32,000 nucleotides of DNA from Aliivibrio fischeri ES114 (lineage in GTDB: Bacteria > Pseudomonadota > Gammaproteobacteria > Enterobacterales > Vibrionaceae). The notes beneath the pieces were generated by a model. It saw nothing but the letters and a program-made list of their open reading frames with translations. It did no database searches and was not told where the DNA came from. The position numbers and the translations under genes are program-made. Each line of letters begins with the position of its first letter. The first letter of the stretch is position 1. Where the stretch lies: assembly GCF_000011805.1 (NCBI RefSeq), contig NC_006841.2; one strand, written 5' to 3'. This document shows positions 1 through 9,920 of the stretch, in pieces.

Positions 1-1
1 A

Positions 2-1867
2 GCTCAAGCATTACTGGCGAACATGGCTTCTTTTTATGCCGTGTATCATGGTCCAGAAGGGTTAAAAACCATTGCTCGTCGTGTCCACCACTTTACAGCT
101 ATTGTGGCAAAAGCATTACAAACAGCAGGTTTTGAACTAGAGCACCAACATTTCTTTGATACCTTAACCGTTAAGACTGAACAACAGACAGATATTTTGT
201 ACACTAAAGCGTTGGCTTCAAGCATTAATCTACGCAAATTTGATACAAAATTAGGAATCAGTTTTGATGAAACCACTACGGTTTCGGATCTCGTTACTCT
301 ATTAGCGGTATTTGGTATCGATAATGCGGAATGTGAAACCTTATCTGCTGAAGTAGGAAAAGATGAATTTGCTGCCATTCCTAAACATTGTCAGAGAACA
401 TCTTCCTTTTTAACTCATCCAGTATTTAATACGTACCATAGTGAAACACAAATGCTACGTTATTTGAAAAAACTGGAAAACAAAGACTTCTCTTTAACTC
501 ATGGCATGATCCCACTAGGCTCTTGCACCATGAAATTAAACGCCGTTGCAGAAATGCTGCCTGTTACATGGCCAGAGTTTGGTGGTATTCACCCATTCGC
601 ACCACTAAACCAAGCTGCGGGTTATACAACACTAGCAACGTCACTAAAATCCATGTTATGTGAAATCACAGGTTATGATGAGTTTTCATTGCAACCAAAC
701 TCGGGCGCTTCTGGTGAATACGCAGGTCTAATTGCGATTCAACGTTACCATGAGAGCCGTGGTGACGCTCACCGTAATGTTTGCTTAATCCCAAGCTCTG
801 CACACGGTACTAACCCTGCCACTGCATCTATGGTATCGATGAAAGTTGTCGTAGTTAAATGCGATGAAAACGGCAATATCGATATGATCGATTTAGCTGA
901 GAAAATTGAAAAGCATCAAGAGAATCTATCAAGCATCATGATCACTTACCCTTCTACGCATGGCGTATATGAAGAGCAAGTACGTGAAGTGTGCGATATG
1001 GTACATGCAGCTGGTGGTCAAGTGTATCTTGATGGTGCCAATATGAATGCGCAAGTTGGTTTAACAAGCCCAGGTTTCATCGGCTCAGATGTATCTCACT
1101 TAAACCTACACAAAACCTTCTGTATTCCACACGGTGGTGGTGGTCCGGGTATGGGTCCTATTGGTGTTAAATCACACCTTGCGCCTTTCCTTCCGGGTCA
1201 CACTGAAAACGGTGTTCAAGGAATGGATTATGCTGTTTCAGCTGCGGATTTAGGCAGTGCCTCTATCTTACCAATATCATGGGCATATATTGCTATGATG
1301 GGTGAAATGGGTCTGACTGAAGCGACAAAAGTGGCGATATTAAATGCCAACTATGTAATGGAACGCCTACGCCCTCACTACCCTGTGTTATACCGTGGTA
1401 CCAATGGTCGTATTGCGCACGAATGCATTATAGATATTCGTCCATTAAAAGAGACGACAGGCATTAGTGAAGAAGACATTGCAAAACGATTAATGGACTT
1501 TGGTTTCCATGCTCCAACCATGTCATTCCCAGTTGCTGGAACCTTAATGGTTGAGCCAACGGAATCTGAAGACCTAGCTGAACTGGATCGTTTCTGTGAC
1601 GCGATGATAGCGATTCGTGAAGAGATGAATAAGGTTGAGCAAGGTGAATGGCCATTAGACAACAACCCACTTGTTAATGCACCACACACACAAGTCGATT
1701 TAATGTCTGATAGCTGGGAACATCCATATACTCGTGAAGTAGCATGCTTCCCATCATCACAATCAAAAGATTCTAAATACTGGCCTACCGTCAACCGTGT
1801 AGACAATGTGTATGGTGATCGTAATTTAATCTGTTCATGCCCAAGCATTGAGAATTACGAAGAGTAA
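2..1867 (+). CDS. gcvP: Glycine dehydrogenase (decarboxylating), glycine-cleavage P protein; C-terminal ~620 aa, 5' end lies outside the window
   Basis: The frame is open back to the window edge (AQALLAN precedes the Met at 23). Hallmark GcvP blocks are present: [25 protein letters not shown] (PLP-lysine region), [11 protein letters not shown] and [17 protein letters not shown]. Stop TAA at 1865-1867. Confidence 0.95.
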   Translation, partial: AQALLANMASFYAVYHGPEGLKTIARRVHHFTAIVAKALQTAGFELEHQHFFDTLTVKTEQQTDILYTKALASSINLRKFDTKLGISFDETTTVSDLVTLLAVFGIDNAECETLSAEVGKDEFAAIPKHCQRTSSFLTHPVFNTYHSETQMLRYLKKLENKDFSLTHGMIPLGSCTMKLNAVAEMLPVTWPEFGGIHPFAPLNQAAGYTTLATSLKSMLCEITGYDEFSLQPNSGASGEYAGLIAIQRYHESRGDAHRNVCLIPSSAHGTNPATASMVSMKVVVVKCDENGNIDMIDLAEKIEKHQENLSSIMITYPSTHGVYEEQVREVCDMVHAAGGQVYLDGANMNAQVGLTSPGFIGSDVSHLNLHKTFCIPHGGGGPGMGPIGVKSHLAPFLPGHTENGVQGMDYAVSAADLGSASILPISWAYIAMMGEMGLTEATKVAILNANYVMERLRPHYPVLYRGTNGRIAHECIIDIRPLKETTGISEEDIAKRLMDFGFHAPTMSFPVAGTLMVEPTESEDLAELDRFCDAMIAIREEMNKVEQGEWPLDNNPLVNAPHTQVDLMSDSWEHPYTREVACFPSSQSKDSKYWPTVNRVDNVYGDRNLICSCPSIENYEE

Positions 1868-1897
1868 CACTCACCACTAACAACCTATCTATATAAA

Positions 1898-1929
1898 ATA
1901 GACAAGCGTATGTTTGTCTATTTTTTTTA
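1898..1929 (+). terminator. Rho-independent terminator of gcvP
   Basis: Perfect 8-bp stem ATAGACAA (1898-1905) / TTGTCTAT (1914-1921) with an 8-nt loop, running into a T8 tract (1921-1928). Lies 31 nt after the gcvP stop. Confidence 0.75.
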
Positions 1930-1935
1930 TCTAAA

Positions 1936-1990
1936 AAATGAATCATTCCTTTCCCTTTTGCTACATGAAAAAATCGTAATCATGATGTAA
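1936..1990. repeat. Left copy of a perfect 55-bp direct repeat (candidate attL / target duplication)
   Basis: AAATGAATCATTCCTTTCCCTTTTGCTACATGAAAAAATCGTAATCATGATGTAA is identical base-for-base to 9921-9975. The flanks diverge immediately on both sides. Confidence 0.95.
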
Positions 1991-2180
1991 TAGGATTAAT
2001 TAATCTACTCATAACTAGCGGAACTGAATTATTCTATTTGATGGTTCTAATACGTTTTTTGTAAAAATACGTCCCTTTAAGTAACCCTCTGATTATTAAT
2101 GCATTTATACGTCGCACTTAATATACAACATTAGTAACTTCTTTCATAAAGCAGCAAGTCCAACATATCCTTAAAGTTAA

Positions 2181-2888
2181 CTAACTATTAGGCAATTCTT
2201 CTTTGAGTTTTTGTAACTTTTTGCATAAATCATCAATATAATCACTAAGAAATTTTGACATATGTTGAACTTCACTTTTCTCTGTAAGCAAATCGTTAGC
2301 AGAACGAAAGTTCATTTCTTCTTCGGCCCATGAGAGCAAAAAATCATATAATTCTTGTTCTTCAACTGTTAATACGCTAGGAGGTACTTGATTACCTCTA
2401 TATAACTTCAATGTAGTAAACTCAACAAAATGTAGAGCTCTATACAAGTCAACTATCATCGAAAATGTATCCGCAGCTAAGGATTCATACTTTCCTAACT
2501 TGTTTCTTTCCCATACGTTAGCCTCGGGAGATAGAATACTCAGTGATTCAATAATTTTCTTAAAACGAGCCAATGGATAAGCATTGTTAGTCATATTACG
2601 TCTATGCCCCCATAGCTTCAAAATCAACTCAACGGATTGTTGTTGATATTTTTCTTTTTCCTCTGGATTCTCTGCATGTTCTGCCCTTTCCATCACCTCA
2701 ACTAGGTAATGAGACATCCACTTACCTAGAGTGTCACAACTATCTGAAAAGCCTAGCTCAGTCGCTAGGTGATGTCCAAGTACCAACACATCCTTCAGTG
2801 GTAAGGATTTCTCCAGTTCTTCTGAGAAGATAGAGTCTTGCGTATCGTGCTTCTTTTTCGGACTTTTCGTTATACTCTGTAATTCCAT
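2181..2888 (-). CDS. Hypothetical, predicted all-helical 235-aa protein; downstream partner of the giant NTPase
   Basis: ORF in the same orientation, overlapping the 3' end of the 2,147-aa ORF by 131 nt. An in-frame stop lies 3 codons upstream of the ATG at 2888. An alternative non-overlapping start is Met58 (ATG at 2717). I recognise no motif. Confidence 0.6.
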   Translation of the reverse strand: MELQSITKSPKKKHDTQDSIFSEELEKSLPLKDVLVLGHHLATELGFSDSCDTLGKWMSHYLVEVMERAEHAENPEEKEKYQQQSVELILKLWGHRRNMTNNAYPLARFKKIIESLSILSPEANVWERNKLGKYESLAADTFSMIVDLYRALHFVEFTTLKLYRGNQVPPSVLTVEEQELYDFLLSWAEEEMNFRSANDLLTEKSEVQHMSKFLSDYIDDLCKKLQKLKEELPNS

Positions 2889-5800
2889 CTTTAGTTACTC
2901 TTCGTGTTATTTCGACTTCAAGGATTAGATCAAAGCCAACTTTATCTAGGTATTGCTTAAGGTGATGTAATGACACTTTCAGGCGATGTCCATTAGAGAT
3001 TACATCTTCACCAAAAATGTATTCTTTCCACAGGGAGTTACCTCTTGTATCTCCCCATGCTTCATAATGAAATGCTCTTGCTCCATTAGAGGAGTCAAGC
3101 CAACTAACGGGATAGCTATCTGAACGACACAATCCTAGTATTTCAACGACATTTTCAGACGGAGTCGCTTCTATTAGGCGGACATCATGATTAAACACAT
3201 CCTTTTCATCTAGACGAGCATCACCAGAGTGTTCGTTGAGCCAACCACGTAATAAAAATGGGTCATCATCTATCTCAAATTCATGTCCAGCAGGTGGTAG
3301 ACGATAATCCCAAGAATCACGGGAAGTTTGTAGTGCCCGAAGCAATGATAATCCTGTATCTGGGCTAACAAGGGAAGAAGATATTCTCACACTGGAGCGA
3401 TGATTACTGGTGCGAATATCATGATATGAATCCACAACCAGACTTTCATCTTCGGAAGTTAAACCAAGTTCCAACTCAAAATCATTGTCGGTTATTGCTG
3501 CTACCCAATCTTCTGCCTCGACGGTAGGAGGAAGATGAAAACGTGTTTCTAGTGGTGTTGGACAACGAAGATCACTTGACCAGTGCGGGGGTTGAGTTAA
3601 TCCGTTTTGTCTCAAAAATCCGTTTAGTGTTCCATAATCGTCATCATCGTATTTAGGCTCAGATAACGCTTTTTCTGCCATTAGAGAGCCGAGGCTACAC
3701 CACATGGCGTGCCATTCTAGGTAATAACTGTGTCGCTCTATCGTCGGCATTGAGCCGTGACTATGGCTGTATAGGCTATAGTTTGCTCTTTCAAACTTAT
3801 ATTTTCGTGGCTCATTTTCCCATGTTGATAAATCAGAACCACTATTCCAGCGATCCATGATCCAAGCTTCCGCCTCATCTAGGAACATTTCTTGGTCAAC
3901 ATCAGAGAAGCACCTTATCGCGCCTGGATACACATAACTGAGAGTATCTAGCGAATCAAAGCTAAATCTTCTCTCTTTATTACCTTTGTGAAATCCGCCT
4001 CGATAAACTCTACCTTTCGATTTTTTGGTAGCTAATTCCGAAGTATTGATAGCATCTAATGCTGTAATTTCCTGTTCATCAAAATCAATAAAACCATTTG
4101 AAAGAAGTTTCATCAAACAAGATTTAGCAAAATGGCGCATCAATACATGCGGGAAGTCTTGGTCGGTAGCAATGCTCAACAACCAGCGTGCGACAGGTGC
4201 AATGGCTTCCGGTACCTCAGATGCAATTCGATCAAATGTAACAATGAGCCAAAGACGCGCTGACAACCAATAGAAAGGCACACTATCTTCACGATAGCCG
4301 GGCATAGATTTTCGCTCATACAAAGCGGTTAACGCCACAATTGTCTTAAAATCTCCCATTCTAGCAGACGCTCTAATACTATGTGCCGCTCGCCACCTCA
4401 CTCTAGTATCTATGTCGCCTAGGAACGAGTAGAGTTGGCATGCTAATGCTGATTCAACTAAAGACTCCGACTCAATTTTATCCGTTGGAAGTTTTAACCG
4501 TGTGGTTAGTCGCTGAACATAACGAATTGTGACATCAGCAATCTGCTGCTCACTGCAATAATCAGTCAACAGCCTGACTAACGAATAGAGCTTGGTCAAG
4601 GGCAAAGATTCGGCATTTTTTTCCAGGCCATCTAGCAGTATGCTAACCGCTTCTTCTTTATTTAAGTTAAGGCTATGAATAATATCTTTCAGCATCCGCT
4701 TGTCGTAACCATAATTTTCATCATAAGAGAACTCGCCCAAATGATTAGCAATTAAGACTGGTAGGTTTTCCTCTTTCCAAGCAGATATAGAGTGAGATGA
4801 CCCTATCCATAGGTTAATGCAGTCAATTAACGTATTAGCCCATGTATAGCCAAGATCATCAATTACGTGTTCATCGGTCAAGAAATCCAGAAAGGTAATA
4901 CGATCTTTTGACTCCAACTGACTGATTAAAGATCTCAATATGTCATCGTTGGTGATATATAAATCTTCACCTCTAGCTTCATTTCGCTTAGCGCGAATTG
5001 AAATCATAAAACTGGAAGGTGATTCAAAGGAAACGTCTGCTAATTTTATACCTTCAAGGAACTCGCGATCCTTTAATTTCCTAGTTGCCGAATCAAGTAT
5101 GTCATTGCTATTTTTTGACTTAGTACTTTTTTTGGTATGTGATTTAAATTCAACTAATTGATTAAGTGCTGAATGCCAATACTCACTACTATCGCAATAT
5201 GGAACTAACGCATTTAACTCCTGACATATTTTAGAACTACCGCTTCTGTTGAATCTCAATAACTCAGCTTTTGCAATTTCCTCTACAACTTGACTTGCAT
5301 CTTGAACACTTGTAACTGAAGCTAGTTTAACCACAAGCTCCTCATGTAAATCATCACAGAAATTGAGCAAAGATGCGGCCTGCGCAGAACTTATAGTTCC
5401 TTCTGTAACCCCTGTCGACATCAATGCAGGAAGAGTATCGCCGGCTTGAACTAAATCACAATCTTCCCAATAACCGATAAGGCTGATTGCTTGCGGCATA
5501 TCCAATATAGCAACAGCAGAAATTGCATCATTCCAGGGAAAATTATCATAGCCATCAAGAAGAGTGCCGTACTCCGTTATTATCGCAGCTATTTGACTTG
5601 CTATCTTCCGCGAATCTGTGGACGAAAAGTGCTTTTTAGCGTTTTTAGATAACGCTGAAAAAAGAGCCATGTCATGCATAGCATCGACATCAACGTCATT
5701 AGCGATATCAACCGCTATTTTAAATACTTCTCTGGCTTCGTCCTTATCCACAAACAGTAATATTCTGGACAAATCCAAAAGAATGCTGATCTTTTCGTTT

Positions 5801-8800
5801 GCTGCTGTTTTTAGAGCTGTTACTTCAACTGAGCGATCGTAAATATCCTTAACAACTAACGACCTCAACTCTGGTATTTTTATTAGATTTGCAATAACTT
5901 TACGCTGACCAGAAGAAAACACAGATGGCCATTGTTTAAACGCTCCCTTAGTTAGGCTTAGCACTATATTCATATTGATATCAGGCACAACAGACAGCTT
6001 GGCTAATGATAAAGAAAGGTGACTACATATGGATTCAAAATAGTGCTCCCTAGACATCCTCCAGGAATTTGCAAACAAAGAACCCAGTGCAGACTTAACT
6101 TTCTCTTCAGCATTTTCCGGCAAGATATTGGACAGCAAAACGTCCGCTCTAACAGCATAAACAGACATTAGACCTGACAGGCTTTCCTTTATCTCTTTAT
6201 GCTTTTCCGATAGTTTTTGCTTCTTCCTATTTTTCTCGGCCTCATTAAGATCTTCAGGTATAGGTGAATCAATCCAATAGGACTCTATTGTTACGTTGAG
6301 ACCACGATGGCGCATTAACAAAGAGTAAGCTCTAAAAGCGACATCGTTTTTAAGAATATCGTGTGTGTAGATGTTATTGACTAACCGCCAATTATCAGGG
6401 CATAGATATTCAAGAATTGGCTCAACTGAGGATAAATTCATTCCATTGGCAGCCAAAATTTCACAGCCATTAAGTAACATTTCCGCGTAGCTATAACCGT
6501 CTGAGCCTTCTGAAGTGTACCTTTCTAGCTCTTTTAGATCGCAATATTTCAATATATCCTTGTTGCACAGTGACTTTTCAAGAGAGGAACAATCAATACG
6601 GTAGCCAACAAGCGCCAAAGGTATTTTGAACAATGATGACCAAGGTTCTGGAATACAACCACTATCCAAAAACTCTTGAATTGCCGCTACCTTGTCCGAT
6701 AACAACAGACGATCCAATAATCTGTTCGCGATTTTGTAATGAATACTTTTGGGTTGCCAAATACAAATGAACTTGTATGCAGCCTCGTAACCTTCCATAT
6801 CCAACACTGAATGAGCAACAGCAGTAATATCCGCAAGCTCTAATGGCCACATATTTATATGTTGGTACCGACGATCGCTTTGTTCGGATTTTTGTCGTTC
6901 AATATCTTCACTTCTCCGATTAATCCATTCACGAAGAATACGTTTCTTTTCGCGGGCAGCGATAAAATCCCTGTCGGCTGCATCACGGGCAATAATATGC
7001 GATAAGAACCTACCATGGCTTTCATATGTTTTTGACGAGTAAAGTATATTTCGGCCTACAGTATCAGACGCAAAATGGACGGATAAATCGGGGTTTTCAG
7101 CGATAATTTTATCTACTGCATCATCTGTTTTTATCGCCTCTGCGCCAACCAGTAAGGTAAATATTGCATCTGCTGGCTCGCCCGCTGAACGACACACTTT
7201 CATCGCGAGTTGTAACCGCTGACGTTGTACTTCTCGGCGAATTATTTGGTCTTTTATAGCTTTTGGTGCTTCATTTTTCTCTATGATTTTTATGATTTCT
7301 TGGCCTTGCCCAGCTGAAAATAGCGCTGAAGCCAAATGCATGGCAGAATATTCATCACTTTCATGGTTAGCTTTGAAGTGTGCTGCTGAACGCTTATAAG
7401 CTTCCAGCAGCTTTGGTCGAGCTTTTTCTCTGACAAAGAACTCAACATCTTCATCAAGAAATCCCACCTTGCCATCAAGGACTCGCATTCCTGGCAGATC
7501 AGAGACAATATCACTAACCCTTTCTATTGATATCCCTGCAACACTAGCTAAATGTTGCTTTGGAACTGGTGACGGTAGTGCTACTAACGATGAACAAACG
7601 AGAGATAGGACGTCAGAATTACCCTCCTTCAAAATTGCTTCTTCAAAGCGGGCTTCAAAGATTTGTTCCAACCCCTTTCCATTGGGTCTTAAAAATTCAA
7701 TCGCTTTGCCCACATCTGATTTTGCATAGTCGAATGCGTAACTTTGTACTCGTGGATTTCGATTAGATAAATTATGAAAATCCTCTACCCATGCTTTGTC
7801 TACACCGGGAAATTGATTTAATACATTGAGCTCTGTTTCTTCCAATGAGAAGTTAGAAATTTCTACTGAGTTGTATTTAGATGGAATTGATAAGGAATCT
7901 AAACGTCCAGTTCTTGCAGAGATCATTAATCTAACATTAGCTGGCAGATTGCCTATTTTAATCAATTCATGAACGAAACTGATTTCTTCTGGCTTACATT
8001 GGTTTGCACCCGTCACAGAATTATCCGCAGCATCAATAACGACGACCAACAATGCATTATCTTCTTGTGCCTCTAAAACCTTGCTTGCACTTTCGATTCT
8101 TAAAGAAAAAGCCTTAATAAGATCTACTGAAGTATCCTGACTAATCAACAAAGGTAATCGCAATCGAGCCGAAGTTTCATTAATTAATTGCAAGTAGGCA
8201 TCTTTCGATCTATGCCGATAGGCTTCACTATCCATATAAGTGCCAGCGCCATAACAGTCATATGTAATCATAACTGAACCCTCGGGCAATAGATTTTCAA
8301 CCTGTTTTAGTACGGTCGTTTTTCCACTACCGCCTTCGCCATGCAAGCATATAAATTGATCTCCATTGACCATAGCAGTTTGTATCGCAACGGCAGCATT
8401 TCTATTAACAGGATTTTTCACTGCTTTGAGCCTTGAGGGGCATGGGAATAGAGCACGAGGGTCAGACACATTCATCCATGTCAACACCGTCTCTCTAGTG
8501 ATATAACTTCCTGTGGCCTCCGGCAGCATCAGCTTATGAATACGGTCTTTTAAATCCAACACAAACCCTCGATCAGCACTCAATGTAAGAGCTAGAATCT
8601 CATTAATTGCACTTTCCTCCTGCTCAAATCGAGAACCAGCGCCACAGTCAGAAAAGTCGAAGAGTTTAATAAATTTCTTGAAATTGGCTTTGTTAAGACC
8701 ACTAGCAATTCTTAGCGTTTCATACTTTTTGTTACTAAAATCGGAAAGCGACTTTTGAAGGTCTATACCAATAGGGCGATTACTGACTAGCCTAATTGTT

Positions 8801-9201
8801 AGCGTACCAGCACCAATCAGTTCTGGCCTAGCTTTTAATATTGCAGTAAATGAATCAGCAAGCCCTTTTACAATGCTGTTATTTGAAGATTTCGATTTAG
8901 AACTTGTTAGCTCCGAAACAGTCCAATTTTTTTCAGGCGTTGATGCAGAGTACTTTAGCTGCTCAATGACAACCTTTTCAGCTTGCTCTATTGTATGACC
9001 ACCATAAAATAAACCACAATCAACAGAGTCCCATTCCGTTAACTCCTGAGAATTTTCATCATCAAGATTTACGCCTTCAACTGTAACGGCAACCAATGAT
9101 GTGTCAGGTTCGAGTAACTGTAATGCTAGACGAAGTGCCCACCACTCATGAAAATCATCGCCAGTGTTGGAGGCTCTGGCACCTAGGTATTCTGCTTTCA
9201 T
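2758..9201 (-). CDS. Giant (2,147 aa) STAND-type P-loop NTPase with a nuclease-like N-terminal domain, long helical/HEAT-like repeat region and an unrecognised C-terminal module; Avs-like candidate defence protein
   Basis: Uninterrupted 6.4-kb ORF. The N-terminus (GDDFHEWWALRLALQLL, then E42, D58/D61, E80-Q-L-K83) resembles DUF4297/Cap4-type PD-(D/E)xK domains. Walker A is GEGGSGKTT (nt 8314-8340, aa 288-296). Walker B is LLVVVIDAADN (nt 8020-8052). An LMISARTGR block follows. A HEAT-like repeat GDIDTRVRWRAAHSIRASARMGD lies at nt 4351-4419. The last ~430 aa are rich in W, H and D and contain no motif I recognise. Confidence 0.85.
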   Translation of the reverse strand: MKAEYLGARASNTGDDFHEWWALRLALQLLEPDTSLVAVTVEGVNLDDENSQELTEWDSVDCGLFYGGHTIEQAEKVVIEQLKYSASTPEKNWTVSELTSSKSKSSNNSIVKGLADSFTAILKARPELIGAGTLTIRLVSNRPIGIDLQKSLSDFSNKKYETLRIASGLNKANFKKFIKLFDFSDCGAGSRFEQEESAINEILALTLSADRGFVLDLKDRIHKLMLPEATGSYITRETVLTWMNVSDPRALFPCPSRLKAVKNPVNRNAAVAIQTAMVNGDQFICLHGEGGSGKTTVLKQVENLLPEGSVMITYDCYGAGTYMDSEAYRHRSKDAYLQLINETSARLRLPLLISQDTSVDLIKAFSLRIESASKVLEAQEDNALLVVVIDAADNSVTGANQCKPEEISFVHELIKIGNLPANVRLMISARTGRLDSLSIPSKYNSVEISNFSLEETELNVLNQFPGVDKAWVEDFHNLSNRNPRVQSYAFDYAKSDVGKAIEFLRPNGKGLEQIFEARFEEAILKEGNSDVLSLVCSSLVALPSPVPKQHLASVAGISIERVSDIVSDLPGMRVLDGKVGFLDEDVEFFVREKARPKLLEAYKRSAAHFKANHESDEYSAMHLASALFSAGQGQEIIKIIEKNEAPKAIKDQIIRREVQRQRLQLAMKVCRSAGEPADAIFTLLVGAEAIKTDDAVDKIIAENPDLSVHFASDTVGRNILYSSKTYESHGRFLSHIIARDAADRDFIAAREKKRILREWINRRSEDIERQKSEQSDRRYQHINMWPLELADITAVAHSVLDMEGYEAAYKFICIWQPKSIHYKIANRLLDRLLLSDKVAAIQEFLDSGCIPEPWSSLFKIPLALVGYRIDCSSLEKSLCNKDILKYCDLKELERYTSEGSDGYSYAEMLLNGCEILAANGMNLSSVEPILEYLCPDNWRLVNNIYTHDILKNDVAFRAYSLLMRHRGLNVTIESYWIDSPIPEDLNEAEKNRKKQKLSEKHKEIKESLSGLMSVYAVRADVLLSNILPENAEEKVKSALGSLFANSWRMSREHYFESICSHLSLSLAKLSVVPDINMNIVLSLTKGAFKQWPSVFSSGQRKVIANLIKIPELRSLVVKDIYDRSVEVTALKTAANEKISILLDLSRILLFVDKDEAREVFKIAVDIANDVDVDAMHDMALFSALSKNAKKHFSSTDSRKIASQIAAIITEYGTLLDGYDNFPWNDAISAVAILDMPQAISLIGYWEDCDLVQAGDTLPALMSTGVTEGTISSAQAASLLNFCDDLHEELVVKLASVTSVQDASQVVEEIAKAELLRFNRSGSSKICQELNALVPYCDSSEYWHSALNQLVEFKSHTKKSTKSKNSNDILDSATRKLKDREFLEGIKLADVSFESPSSFMISIRAKRNEARGEDLYITNDDILRSLISQLESKDRITFLDFLTDEHVIDDLGYTWANTLIDCINLWIGSSHSISAWKEENLPVLIANHLGEFSYDENYGYDKRMLKDIIHSLNLNKEEAVSILLDGLEKNAESLPLTKLYSLVRLLTDYCSEQQIADVTIRYVQRLTTRLKLPTDKIESESLVESALACQLYSFLGDIDTRVRWRAAHSIRASARMGDFKTIVALTALYERKSMPGYREDSVPFYWLSARLWLIVTFDRIASEVPEAIAPVARWLLSIATDQDFPHVLMRHFAKSCLMKLLSNGFIDFDEQEITALDAINTSELATKKSKGRVYRGGFHKGNKERRFSFDSLDTLSYVYPGAIRCFSDVDQEMFLDEAEAWIMDRWNSGSDLSTWENEPRKYKFERANYSLYSHSHGSMPTIERHSYYLEWHAMWCSLGSLMAEKALSEPKYDDDDYGTLNGFLRQNGLTQPPHWSSDLRCPTPLETRFHLPPTVEAEDWVAAITDNDFELELGLTSEDESLVVDSYHDIRTSNHRSSVRISSSLVSPDTGLSLLRALQTSRDSWDYRLPPAGHEFEIDDDPFLLRGWLNEHSGDARLDEKDVFNHDVRLIEATPSENVVEILGLCRSDSYPVSWLDSSNGARAFHYEAWGDTRGNSLWKEYIFGEDVISNGHRLKVSLHHLKQYLDKVGFDLILEVEITRRVTKDGITEYNEKSEKEARYARLYLLRRTGEILTTEGCVGTWTSPSD

Positions 9202-9920
9202 ATAATGATAATTTCTACAAATCTCTTTTGAGAGCTATGGTTCTATTGGATTGCTAGCTAATCAACAAGAATAATTCAACCAAGCACATAATGATTGATT
9301 AAAAAAATTAGAGCAAGCCGCAGCTACTTAAAATGTGACAAATCGTAACTCTTAAATACTTTTAAAACAAAAGCTTGTTTATTAAACAATTAAATCTAAA
9401 TGGATAAAGTTGTAAAGCTATTTCGCAAATCAGATCCTCATGCCTCTTACACAGTAATATACTACGACGGTGTGGTAAGAACCTTCATCGACACAATTTT
9501 ACTAACTAACAGATATCCATCTGCCGGTAATAATTCTTTACAAAGGCTAGTACACCACAATACGAACGTAAACATAGTCAAGTACACACGACATTTATGT
9601 CCCATTCCCTAAAATCATTTTAATGGATCATTGTATGAAATCATTCAACGAGGCCTTTACAAAAACGTTTCTACCTACTTAACACTCTGTACTCGATTTT
9701 CTATATAGAGAAGTAGCTCTATGACAAACTGCGAATAAGTCAAGTAAAGCACCATCAAAAATTTCTAATCTGGTAAATTTTAATATTTCTGAGTATTAGA
9801 ACTTCACAATAAGTATATATCTGCCATATTTTTTAAAATCATAAAATAACTTATTGATTTACAAATTTACTGCTTTCAACTAGATAGCTGTATTCAATCA
9901 TCACTACTCTCCAATATGGG

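Noticed and set aside
46-1848. Minus-strand ORFs of 110, 156 and 68 aa inside gcvP
   Set aside because: They lie entirely antisense to a strongly supported conserved CDS and have low-complexity, Ser/Cys-rich translations typical of shadow ORFs.
4025-7766. Seven short ORFs (62-86 aa, five on the plus strand and two on the minus strand) nested within the giant NTPase gene
   Set aside because: They are antisense to, or out of frame with, the 6.4-kb ORF. They have no Shine-Dalgarno-like sequences and no recognisable motifs, so they are most likely chance open frames.
9400-9612. 70-aa plus-strand ORF in the islet's non-coding region
   Set aside because: No ribosome-binding site precedes the ATG, the composition mirrors the surrounding AT-rich DNA, and there is no motif. 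I could not support it as a gene, though a small islet-encoded protein cannot be excluded.
1991-9920. Interpretation of the insertion as an IS element or transposon
   Set aside because: There is no transposase-like ORF in any frame and no terminal inverted repeats next to the direct repeats. A 55-bp duplication is also much longer than transposition target-site duplications.
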